From Opitutia bacterium (GTDB lineage Bacteria; Verrucomicrobiota; Verrucomicrobiia; Opitutales; Opitutaceae): DNA of 64,000 nt. The translations under genes were made by a program, and so were the position numbers. Numbering within the stretch: the stretch's first letter is position 1; each line of letters begins with the position of its first letter. Where the stretch lies: positions 296-64,295 of the forward strand of contig PMBT01000026.1 of the NCBI GenBank assembly GCA_003153035.1, given 5' to 3'. This document shows positions 7,274 to 16,068 of the stretch, piece by piece. Under the pieces are notes generated by a model. It searched no databases and was not told the DNA's origin. It saw only the letters and a list, made by a program, of their open reading frames with translations.

Positions 7274-10200
7274 CTACCGCGCCGCGAGCTCCAGCGATTC
7301 GAGCGCGATCGAGTCCCAGCCATCAACCAGACCGGCGAGGGTGATCCGGTTGGCACCGGGCTGAAGCTGGACGGCGACCTCGAAAGTTTTCCATTCGCCG
7401 CCGGTGGACGGAATCTCGAACGGAATTTCCTTGGTGTCGCCGACCTTGAGCGAGTACGGAAGCGGTTTGCCGGCCGCGCCCTGGTAGCGGAAACGCAGGA
7501 CCGTCTCCCCGCCCCGGGCCGACACGGCGCCAAACGTAACGCTGGAGCCGATGCGCCCAAGGTTCCTGATCAGTCCGCGACCAGCGGGCCCGTTGCCCAA
7601 GTCGGTGAGCTCAACGACACCGGTCCGCGCCGCCAATGCGGCTGGATAGACGGACGGCGGCTTTTCAGTCGGCCGGAATTCAAAGGAGTTCAGCGCGAAG
7701 CCGGGCGCATCGACGAAGACCAGGAGGCTGAGTTCGCCAGGATTCAGGTAGACCGCCGGAATGGTAAGATCCTTAAAGGTATCGCCACCTCCCGTCGCCG
7801 GCACATCAAAGATGGCGACGGCCTGATCGAGGGCCATGAACCGGATCCGTCCACCCCCGGATTGGCTCGCAACCCGGGCGGTGAGGTCGAAGAAGCCGCC
7901 GTTGCCGCAATCGACGGAATAGCGCACCCATTCGCCCGGCCGGAGGCCGGTCAGGACGTAACCGCCACCGGCGTCGTTGGTGTCGGCGACACCGAAATCG
8001 TCAGGACGGTAACGCGGGTGGTCCGGCCGCCGGCGCACGCTGTGAAACGCCACGCCTTCCCCACCCCCGTCGTAATTGACCGCCTTGATTCGTGTGGGAA
8101 TGGCCGGCGGAGGGAAGAAATGAGGCATCGGCCGGCCCATCGAACCGGCTACTTCGCCCTGCGCATTGACCGCCTCGGCCTGAAGCTCCGGCGCGATGCG
8201 GGCCGGCAGAGTCTGAGCATCGAGTGAGACATTGATGACATGCGCCGTGAAACCGCGACCGTCCACGGTCACACTCAGAATCCGCGCGTCCGCATCCCAC
8301 GTCCATTCCTCGGCCGCCACCCCGTCACCGGTCGCGCGCCTCAAGGCAGAATCGGCCACCTGCACGCCCACCGGTGTCCGATTGAGATGAAAGCGCACGC
8401 GGTAGGTGGTGGGGGCGAAGCGCTGGTTGGACTCGTTGATGGCCAGCCGGACGGAGTCGCCGGCCTCGTCCACGGTGAGGCGCGTGAGGGTGGATTCGCC
8501 CTGGCGGTAGGCGAAGGTAGCGCCGTCATCGCGGTAAAGGGTGAAGCTCGACCGGCCGGAGGGAAAGATCTCGAGCGTGAGCGGATCCCACGGTTTCTCG
8601 CCGGTGTCCTTCATGTCCGGTGCGAGCGGAATGATCGCTCCCGCCCGCACCGCGACCGGAATGCGGTTCGGCGGCGCTGCGACCACCCACTCCCTCCCGC
8701 CGGCATACTCATAGCCGTAATCCCAATCAATCCACCGGCCCGGCGGAAAATAGACCCGGCGGTTCGTCTGGCCCTCGAACAGGACCGGCGCGACCAGCAG
8801 TTCGCGGCCGAAGAGATACTCGTCTCCGGGCGTGGCGACGGACCGGGGATCGTCGGGAAATTCGAGCGCGAGCGGGCGCACGAGGGGCAGGCCGCGCTGG
8901 CTGGCCTCCCAGGCGTACGAATAGATGTACGGCAGGAGCCGGTAGCGGAGCTGCAGGTAGTGGCGCGTGCTCTGCTCGACGGCGGGGCCAAATTGATATG
9001 GCTCGGGTGCGCCGCCGGCTTTGTGCGCGCGGGTGATCGGGCTGAAGACGGAGAACTGCATCCAGCGCTCGTAGAGTTGGGCATGGGCGCCGAACTGGTC
9101 GTTCCGGTAATAGCCAGTCAGGAACCCGCCGGTGTCGCAGGTCCACCAGTTGAAACCCGACAGGCCTGAGTTCAGCATCTCCGGAGGATGCGCACGGAGC
9201 GTGGCGTAATCGCTGTAGATGTCACCCGTCCACACGGCGGCATGATGGCGCTGCAGTCCGGCAGAGCCGGCGCGCGTAAGGATGAAAGGGCGCTGAGCGG
9301 GATGCACGGCGAGCTGCACGCCCTCGAAACTCCAGGTGCACAGCAGTGAGAACTGGTTGTGGATGTTGGCCGGAAGACCGCCGAAGTAATGGGTCTGCGG
9401 CGGCTCGCCCTCGGGCTCGGTCAGGTCGAGCCACCAGCCGGCGGCGCCCGCCTCGTTGAGACGGCGGGTCTGGGGCCAGAGCCAGCCATTGAGCTTAGGA
9501 CTGGTGAAATCGAGGAGCTTGCCGCCGTAATACCCGCACTCGACGGGGTGCCCCTGGCCGTCGGTTGCAAATACGCCGGCCGCCCAGCCCGAGGCAAAAG
9601 TCGGCGAATCATCACGGACCATCGGACCCGACTGCGACATGACGATCTTCACGCCCTTCTTCGCGTACTCCGCGATCTTTTCGGCCGGAGTCAGGCCGTG
9701 GCCGCTTTCGGCAGCGCTCCAGCGCTTTCCCCAGACATAGTCGGTGATGATCTCCGGCCAGCCAGCATCGATGACCATCACGTCGACCGGAAAACCGCGC
9801 GAGGTGAGCTGGCGGTAGGCCTCGTCGACTTCGTCCCAGTTATTGTACTGGCATTTGCTCTGCCAGTAACCGAGTGCCCAGAGCGGTGGCAGCGACGGCC
9901 GGCCGGTCAGGCTCGTGTAGCGTGCGATGACGTCAGCAAGCTTCGGACCGTCGATCACGTAGATATCGATTTCGCCGCCATCCGCATCACAGCGGACCTG
10001 TCCGGTGGTGGTTTTCGCGAGGTCGAAGCGCAGGTGGTGAACATTGTCAATGAACACGCCGTAGGCGTGGCCGTGGCGGCCCGTGCTTAGCAGGAAGGGG
10101 ATTGGATACTGCGCGGTGACGTTGCCAGAATTGATCTGCTGGCCAGCCCAGAGGTCGCGGATCACGCCCCGCCGGTCGAGGCGGCCGTTGTTTTGATTGT

Positions 10201-10825
10201 CCTGGCCAAGGCCGAACAGTCGTTCACCGGCATCGAGGGCGTGGGTCAGCGTCCAGGCCGCCCCGGGGCTCGTCATCGTCACCCGCGCATCGGCTACGAG
10301 CCGGGTGCCGTCCGCAGACAATACTTCGAACCGCAGCGTCTGCCGGTCGATCTGCACCGTCAGAGCGCCTGTGTCCACCGCCACGAGGTTGGCATGATCG
10401 GCGACCATCAGCGGCACCCGCGTCCCCGGCGCCGTCTCCAACGCCAGCGAGGGCTCGCGCGCGAACTCGCCGGCGGGCTTCAGCCAGACGCGCACGAGAT
10501 GCGCGTCGAGGGCCTCGACCCGCAGCCGGGTGCCACCGGGTGCTTGCACAGTGGCCGAGAGCACGGTCGCGCCATGGGCGTCGCCGTCAGCGGCGCACGC
10601 CAGTGGACCGGTGCCCGCCACCCCGACCAGCAGGGCAACTTGAGCCGAGATTCGCAAAATGCCGCGGTAGAGCCGCAGCCAAACCGTTTTATAGGAGGTA
10701 ACAGAGGAAGCTGAGGAAATAGACGATGGACAAGAAGACCCTCTCAGTTCCCTCTGTTTTCTCCTGTGAGCAGTCACGGGGTTAAAATGGTCGCGAAAGA
10801 GCACGTTCCGTAGAGATGATAGCAT
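7274..10825 (-). CDS. Glycoside hydrolase family 31 (alpha-glucosidase/alpha-xylosidase type) with two C-terminal CBM6/CBM35-like modules
   Basis: GH31 blocks: VDVMVIDAGW, GWWLDLTEPE (nucleophile region) and AVWTGDIYSDYATLRAHPPEMLNSGLSGFNWWTCDTGGF. C-terminal modules: NYDGGGEGVAFHSV...GEWVRYSVDCGNGGFFDLTARVAS and a second beta-sandwich module. The start is uncertain. ATG 10825 gives a 56-aa non-signal leader, whereas in-frame TTG 10657 would give MRISAQVALLVGVAGTGPLACAAD, a clean signal peptide. Confidence 0.88.
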   Translation of the reverse strand: MLSSLRNVLFRDHFNPVTAHRRKQRELRGSSCPSSISSASSVTSYKTVWLRLYRGILRISAQVALLVGVAGTGPLACAADGDAHGATVLSATVQAPGGTRLRVEALDAHLVRVWLKPAGEFAREPSLALETAPGTRVPLMVADHANLVAVDTGALTVQIDRQTLRFEVLSADGTRLVADARVTMTSPGAAWTLTHALDAGERLFGLGQDNQNNGRLDRRGVIRDLWAGQQINSGNVTAQYPIPFLLSTGRHGHAYGVFIDNVHHLRFDLAKTTTGQVRCDADGGEIDIYVIDGPKLADVIARYTSLTGRPSLPPLWALGYWQSKCQYNNWDEVDEAYRQLTSRGFPVDVMVIDAGWPEIITDYVWGKRWSAAESGHGLTPAEKIAEYAKKGVKIVMSQSGPMVRDDSPTFASGWAAGVFATDGQGHPVECGYYGGKLLDFTSPKLNGWLWPQTRRLNEAGAAGWWLDLTEPEGEPPQTHYFGGLPANIHNQFSLLCTWSFEGVQLAVHPAQRPFILTRAGSAGLQRHHAAVWTGDIYSDYATLRAHPPEMLNSGLSGFNWWTCDTGGFLTGYYRNDQFGAHAQLYERWMQFSVFSPITRAHKAGGAPEPYQFGPAVEQSTRHYLQLRYRLLPYIYSYAWEASQRGLPLVRPLALEFPDDPRSVATPGDEYLFGRELLVAPVLFEGQTNRRVYFPPGRWIDWDYGYEYAGGREWVVAAPPNRIPVAVRAGAIIPLAPDMKDTGEKPWDPLTLEIFPSGRSSFTLYRDDGATFAYRQGESTLTRLTVDEAGDSVRLAINESNQRFAPTTYRVRFHLNRTPVGVQVADSALRRATGDGVAAEEWTWDADARILSVTVDGRGFTAHVINVSLDAQTLPARIAPELQAEAVNAQGEVAGSMGRPMPHFFPPPAIPTRIKAVNYDGGGEGVAFHSVRRRPDHPRYRPDDFGVADTNDAGGGYVLTGLRPGEWVRYSVDCGNGGFFDLTARVASQSGGGRIRFMALDQAVAIFDVPATGGGDTFKDLTIPAVYLNPGELSLLVFVDAPGFALNSFEFRPTEKPPSVYPAALAARTGVVELTDLGNGPAGRGLIRNLGRIGSSVTFGAVSARGGETVLRFRYQGAAGKPLPYSLKVGDTKEIPFEIPSTGGEWKTFEVAVQLQPGANRITLAGLVDGWDSIALESLELAAR

Positions 10826-10935
10826 GGGAGTAAAAGGGCCGGGCTAAACTAGTTTTGTTTGCCTAATACTCCAGCCACGGGCCAGCAATAAGCAGAGGCG
10901 GCGGATTTTCGGCAGAGGCTGAATGCGCCGACGCA

Positions 10936-11409
10936 TCAGTTTGCTTCCCCGGCCCGGCGCAGCAACTCCATGACCGGCGCGTGCAATTGTTCCGGTGGAA
11001 TCCGCGCGAGCAGGTCCCGCATTAATGTCCGAACCTCGTCGGGACTATTCTCGTCCTCCACGACGACCGTGAGCATGCCGTGCAAGGCCAGCTGAAAACA
11101 GCCCACAGCCAGATCGTGGCGGCTCATGGCTTCGTAGACCAGGCCCGTCTCCCGGAGCAAAGCTGCATAACCAAGGACCTTTTCACGGCCGATGGCGTTG
11201 GTTTCATCCAGCCGAAGAAGCCGGAGCAGCTCCTCCAGATCCAACGCCGCCAGCTCGGCCGTCTTCCGACCAAAGAGCTTCTCCTGGGCACTGAAAGCGG
11301 CGAGGAGCGCTTCGTCATACCGACCCGCTACGCGATAGTTGAGGATCTGCGCGATTGCTTGGCGAAGCAGTCCGATGAACCGAAGGATGTAGTCCTCGCG
11401 GGTGTCCAT
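10936..11409 (-). CDS. Hypothetical cytoplasmic all-helical protein (157 aa)
   Basis: Clean ORF with ATG start and helical, TPR-like composition (DYILRFIGLLRQAIAQILNYRVAGRYDEALLAAF...). I do not recognise a family. The call rests on ORF length in an otherwise ORF-poor gap. Confidence 0.55.
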   Translation of the reverse strand: MDTREDYILRFIGLLRQAIAQILNYRVAGRYDEALLAAFSAQEKLFGRKTAELAALDLEELLRLLRLDETNAIGREKVLGYAALLRETGLVYEAMSRHDLAVGCFQLALHGMLTVVVEDENSPDEVRTLMRDLLARIPPEQLHAPVMELLRRAGEAN

Positions 11410-11867
11410 AGGTGATGGCTGTAGTATCTGACGGCCCGCACCGCCGTCGTAAGCGCGAGGCGGCCCGGACGTGCCGGGACAGATTCAGCCTGATTCGAAG
11501 CCGATGCGATCATTAACCCCGGCATGCTTCGCCGATGGATATGCCGGTGTCGAATGACAGAAATTCTCACGACAATTGCTCGATCAAGACGCAGGTGTAG
11601 GAGCGTCCACATTGATTTTGGCAAGGGTTATCAAAGCCCAACCATGTTCGCTGTCACTTCCAGGCGCGTTCCGGCAGAAGGCACAGTGACCCTAGGGCGC
11701 GCGTTTGTGGTGTCCCTTCGCCCATAGTGTGTTCAATCTACGGTGGCCGATGCCTGAGGAGAATTCACATCAACTGATGAACCGATGTCCGAAGACGTAG
11801 TCCGGTCGCGGCGAGTCGCGCCTTTGATCACCATCTGCCCCCAACTCCACTTTCTGCCCGACCGATC

Positions 11868-14261
11868 ATGCTCTCCGATCTTCGTTTTGCGTTCCGCACT
11901 CTCGCACGCAATCGCAGTTTCACCTTGGTCACGGTCCTGACCCTCGCCCTTGGTATTGGCTCGGCCGCCGCGATTTTCAGCGTTACCGACTGGATCTTGT
12001 TCCGGGCGTCCAAGTTTCCAAACGATGTCTTTCTCATCGGCGGACGCAACGATCAGACTCCGTCGATGCCGGTGCGCATGGACTTCATGGCCCGCGCCTA
12101 CGCGGAGCAGACGAACGCCGTGGCTGAATACGCCAAGGCCGCCTACACGACGGGCAACATTGTCATCGACGGCCAGCCGGTCACCACGAGCTGGATCGGG
12201 ATCAGCCCGAATCTCTTTCCGATGCTCGGCATCGCGCCTGTACTCGGACGCGGTTTTCTGCCCGGCGAAGACGCCGAGGGTGCCGATCAGGTCATCGTCG
12301 TGAGCCATCAGTTCTGGCAGCGCCACCTCGGCGGAAAGGCCGACGCGCTGGGCCGCAAGATCACCGTCGGCGACCAGGTCTGCACCGTCGTCGGCGTGCT
12401 GCGCGAAGCCCAGAACCTGCCCGCCTACTTCTACAACGATGTCTTTCGTCCGCTCGCCTACCGGGTAAATCCCGCGCAACCGTGGCTTCCCTCCCTGTTC
12501 CTGCTGGGCAAGGTGCGCCCCGGTTTCACGCGCGAACAGGCCGAACAATCGCTTGCCGCCGCCAAGCTCGACGTGCCCGGCCCTCTCCGCCCGTTCATCG
12601 TCAATGACCGCCCCGTCTTCTCGAGCATGGGCGAAGTGAACCAATTGATGCGCGCGGAAATCTACTGGGTGATGCTCGGCGCGGTCGGCTTTCTCTACGC
12701 GATCGCCTGCCTGAATGCGTCGAACCTCATGCTCGTGCGCATGCTCGGCCAGCGGCGCGAACTCAGCATCCGGCTCGCCCTCGGCGGCGGCCGCTGGCAA
12801 ATCATCCGGCTGCTAGCGGCAGAGAGTGTGACGCTCGCCGTGCTCGCCTCTCTCGCCGGCCTGCTCGTGGCCAACTGGTTTTTCCCGTTGCTGTTGAGCG
12901 CCGCCGGCAGTTCCGCCTTTGCCCCGAACTGGACCAGCTGGACCCTCGGCTGGCGGGTAGTCGGCGTGATGGCGTTGCTGACTGTCGCCACCAGTCTGCT
13001 GATCGTCGCCATCCCGGCCTACCGCATTTTTCGCACCGACATCTATTCGGGGCTGAAGGATGGCGGCGCCGCGCTCGGGGAGAGCCCGGCGCTGGCCCGT
13101 CTGCGCGGGGCCTTCGTGATCCTGCAAGCCGCCTTTGCCGTCGTGTTGCTGGCTGGCGCCGGGCTGATGATCCGCACCTTTCACCAGTTCCAGCACGTTG
13201 ACCTCGGCTTCGATCCCGCCGGCCGCGCCAAGATTCAGCTCGGTTTTCCTCCCGATTATCCGATCGAAACGGAAGCGCGTCTCGCCCGCCTGCGGGAAAT
13301 CCAGGCGGAGCTCCAACGAATCCCCGGCGTGGCCGCCGTCGGTTTCGGCTGCGATGTGTTGTTGTCCGGCTATTATTTCAGCCAGTTCACGCTGGAAGGA
13401 CCGGAGGGCCGTCCCCTCAGGGCGTCCATGCTCGGCTTCAATATCGGCTTTCAGGATGCCTCCGGCCTGAAGCTGAAGCGCGGTCGCTGGCTGAATCAGA
13501 CGAATGGCAATGAGATCCTGGTCAACGAGGCCTTCGCCCGCGCTTGCTGGCCGGGAAAGGATCCGGTCGGCCAGTTTCTCCGGCCCGTGAGCGGCATCTC
13601 CGGCCCGCCGGCGGACTGGAAAGGCTGGGTCATCGCAGGTGTGATCGGCGACATTCATACCACGCTGCGCAATGCGCCCGAATTTTATATTTACAGCCCC
13701 GAGGGTTGGGCACCGTTCAACTTCAACACCTTCGTCGTGCGGCTCTCACGCGACTACGACGAGGCGTTCGCCGGCCTGATCCGCCGCAAGCTCTACACGT
13801 TCAATCCACGAATCGTCGTTTCCCAGATTCTGCCGCTCAACGGGGTGCGGGACAATCAGCTCTGGGCGGAGCGCATGGCTAATTCCGTGCTCAAGGTTCT
13901 GGCCGGCATCGCGCTCCTGCTGACCGTCGTTGGCATCTTCTCCGTGCTCGCCTACACCGTGGACCGCCGCATGGGCGAATTCGGCGTCCGCATGGCGATG
14001 GGCGCCACGCGGCGTGATCTCATCCAGCTCGTTATGCGGCGCGGCCTGCTGCTGACGCTGGCCGGCATCGTATTCGGCCTCGCCGGTTCCATGGCGTTGA
14101 CACGCTACCTGCAGAGCCTGCTCTTCGAAACCTCCGCACAAGACCCGTGGGTGTTGGCGGCCGTTGGTGGCATTCTGCTCGGCACCTCCGTTCTCGCGTG
14201 CGTCCTGCCCGCGCAGCGTGCCGCAAAAGTGGATATTTCCCGTCTGCTGCGGTCAGAATGA
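11868..14261 (+). CDS. ADOP-family duplicated MacB/FtsX-type ABC transporter permease
   Basis: The N-terminus MLSDLRFAFRTLARNRSFTLVTVLTLALGIGSAAAIFSV is the hallmark of duplicated orphan permeases. There are two MacB periplasmic domain/FtsX halves, with the second FtsX near the C-terminus (GIFSVLAYTVDRRMGEFGVRMAMGATRRDL). No ATPase gene is adjacent. Confidence 0.9.
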   Translation: MLSDLRFAFRTLARNRSFTLVTVLTLALGIGSAAAIFSVTDWILFRASKFPNDVFLIGGRNDQTPSMPVRMDFMARAYAEQTNAVAEYAKAAYTTGNIVIDGQPVTTSWIGISPNLFPMLGIAPVLGRGFLPGEDAEGADQVIVVSHQFWQRHLGGKADALGRKITVGDQVCTVVGVLREAQNLPAYFYNDVFRPLAYRVNPAQPWLPSLFLLGKVRPGFTREQAEQSLAAAKLDVPGPLRPFIVNDRPVFSSMGEVNQLMRAEIYWVMLGAVGFLYAIACLNASNLMLVRMLGQRRELSIRLALGGGRWQIIRLLAAESVTLAVLASLAGLLVANWFFPLLLSAAGSSAFAPNWTSWTLGWRVVGVMALLTVATSLLIVAIPAYRIFRTDIYSGLKDGGAALGESPALARLRGAFVILQAAFAVVLLAGAGLMIRTFHQFQHVDLGFDPAGRAKIQLGFPPDYPIETEARLARLREIQAELQRIPGVAAVGFGCDVLLSGYYFSQFTLEGPEGRPLRASMLGFNIGFQDASGLKLKRGRWLNQTNGNEILVNEAFARACWPGKDPVGQFLRPVSGISGPPADWKGWVIAGVIGDIHTTLRNAPEFYIYSPEGWAPFNFNTFVVRLSRDYDEAFAGLIRRKLYTFNPRIVVSQILPLNGVRDNQLWAERMANSVLKVLAGIALLLTVVGIFSVLAYTVDRRMGEFGVRMAMGATRRDLIQLVMRRGLLLTLAGIVFGLAGSMALTRYLQSLLFETSAQDPWVLAAVGGILLGTSVLACVLPAQRAAKVDISRLLRSE

Positions 14262-14328
14262 TTTCCGGCCCTCCTCGGCGATTGACAGGGCGGGAGGCAT
14301 TTACTCAGAGAGCCGCCATTTCCGCGCG

Positions 14329-15846
14329 TCACTTCACCCCGCCCATGAGCTTTTTGACCCAGGGAACACCGGCGAGCAGCGCGACCGCCGCGACGCCGAC
14401 CCACAGGGCCTGTTTGAGGAAGAAGGCGGCAAGAACGTTCCCGTCGGTTGAGGTGAACTCGCCCGCGAGCACGCCCGCGAGCTGGTTGCCGAGCGCGTCG
14501 GCCAGGAACCAGATCCCCATGATAAGCCCGAGCAGTTTGGGCGGCGCGAGCTTGGTCATGGTGCTAAGGCCGACGGGGCTGAGCAGCAGTTCGCCAACCG
14601 TCTGGAGGAAAAAGAGCCCGACAATCCACAGGGGGCTGACCCGGCCCTCGATGGTCAGCCGCGCCGCCGGCACCATCAGCAAAAACGAGAGGGCGAGAAA
14701 CCCGAGGCCCAGCGTGAACTTGAATGGCGCCGACGGCTGGTTGGCTCCCAGCCGCACCCACAGCCATCCGAAGACCGGGGCGAGCAGGATGACAAAGACG
14801 GAGTTCACCGACTGAAACCAGGCGGAGGGAAACCGGTAGCCGAGCACCTCCGTCCGCGTGAGCTGGTCGCCGAAGAGCGCGATCGTCGAGCCCGCCTGCT
14901 CGAAGATCGCCCAGAAGACCACCGCCGCCAGCGAGAACACGAGGACCGCGGCAATGCGCTTCGCATCGAGACTGACCTGGAAGCCGAACCAGAGGATCGC
15001 GAGCACCGGCAGCACGACGTAGCCGTAGCGGATCCACGCGAAATCCGGATTGAGGTCGGAGAGGAGCACGACAGCAAGGACCGCGGCCGCACCGAGGAGC
15101 ACGAGTCCGAGCGGGCGCCACGGACGGGTGCCGGCGGCGGGAGGGCGGCCCACCTGGACAAGGCGCCGGCCGGTGATCAAATAGACCACCAGGCCGAGAG
15201 TCATGCCGACTCCGGCGGCCGCAAAGCCCCAGTGCCAGCTGTGGACCGGATCGAGGCCCCATCCCGCGAGCAGGCGCTTGAATTCATCGCTCTGCGCGAG
15301 CCAGCCGGTGATGAGCGGCCCGTTGAACGCGCCGAGGTTGATGCCCATGTAGAAAAGCGAGAACCCGCCGTCGCGCCGCGGATCGCCCGGCGGATATAGG
15401 CTGCCGACCATCGAGCTGATGTTTGGCTTGAGCAAGCCCGTGCCGAACGTGATGAGGACGAGCCCGCCGAAAAACGCCGCCTCCGAGGGCAGCGCCAGCG
15501 TAAAATGGCCCAGCGCAATAATGAGTCCGCCGCAGAACACCGACCGCCGCCCGCCGAGGAAGTTGTCCGCGACGAACCCGCCCGGAATGCAGAGCATGTA
15601 GACGCACATCGTGTACGTTCCGTAGATGATGCCGGCTTTGCGGTTGTCATAGGCAAGCCCGCCGGCTGCGACAGGCGCAACCATGAAATAGACCAACAGG
15701 GCGCGCATGCCGTAGTAGGAAAACCGCTCCCACATTTCGGTGAAGAAGAGGGTGGTCAGACCGCGAGGGTGGCCGCCAAGACCAGCCATATCCGGCAAAT
15801 CGCCGGGGGCGACGGATAACAGAGCGGCTGCCGGGGACGAACTCAT
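14329..15846 (-). CDS. Proton-dependent oligopeptide transporter (POT/PTR2 family, DtpT-like)
   Basis: GHPRGLTTLFFTEMWERFSYYGMRALLVYFM is the PTR2 signature. The rest is polytopic. I prefer ATG 15846 (MSSSPAA) to the GTG at 15897 used by the track. Confidence 0.9.
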   Translation of the reverse strand: MSSSPAAALLSVAPGDLPDMAGLGGHPRGLTTLFFTEMWERFSYYGMRALLVYFMVAPVAAGGLAYDNRKAGIIYGTYTMCVYMLCIPGGFVADNFLGGRRSVFCGGLIIALGHFTLALPSEAAFFGGLVLITFGTGLLKPNISSMVGSLYPPGDPRRDGGFSLFYMGINLGAFNGPLITGWLAQSDEFKRLLAGWGLDPVHSWHWGFAAAGVGMTLGLVVYLITGRRLVQVGRPPAAGTRPWRPLGLVLLGAAAVLAVVLLSDLNPDFAWIRYGYVVLPVLAILWFGFQVSLDAKRIAAVLVFSLAAVVFWAIFEQAGSTIALFGDQLTRTEVLGYRFPSAWFQSVNSVFVILLAPVFGWLWVRLGANQPSAPFKFTLGLGFLALSFLLMVPAARLTIEGRVSPLWIVGLFFLQTVGELLLSPVGLSTMTKLAPPKLLGLIMGIWFLADALGNQLAGVLAGEFTSTDGNVLAAFFLKQALWVGVAAVALLAGVPWVKKLMGGVK

Positions 15847-16068
15847 TGGCGGCGCGAGCGTGGCGGGCGCCGGGCCCAGGGCAAAGCCGAAAACCACCCG
15901 GGCCGCTTCCCGGTATGGCTGGTCGTAAGATTCTCGTTAATTCCGCCCGGGGGGGTTGCCCACCTTTGCTGCCCCGATTATGGTTCGACATTGGAAAACA
16001 TTTAATGCGATAAATGGCAAATTTCTGTTCTCTGGCCGGTTTTTCCCGGCCAGTGGTTGAAGTATTGC

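Noticed and set aside
10658-10825. 56-aa N-terminal extension of the GH31 protein as a distinct domain or leader peptide
   Set aside because: It has no recognisable feature and precedes a perfectly good signal peptide reachable from an in-frame TTG at 10657. This is most likely start-codon ambiguity rather than biology, and I cannot resolve it without homologue alignment.
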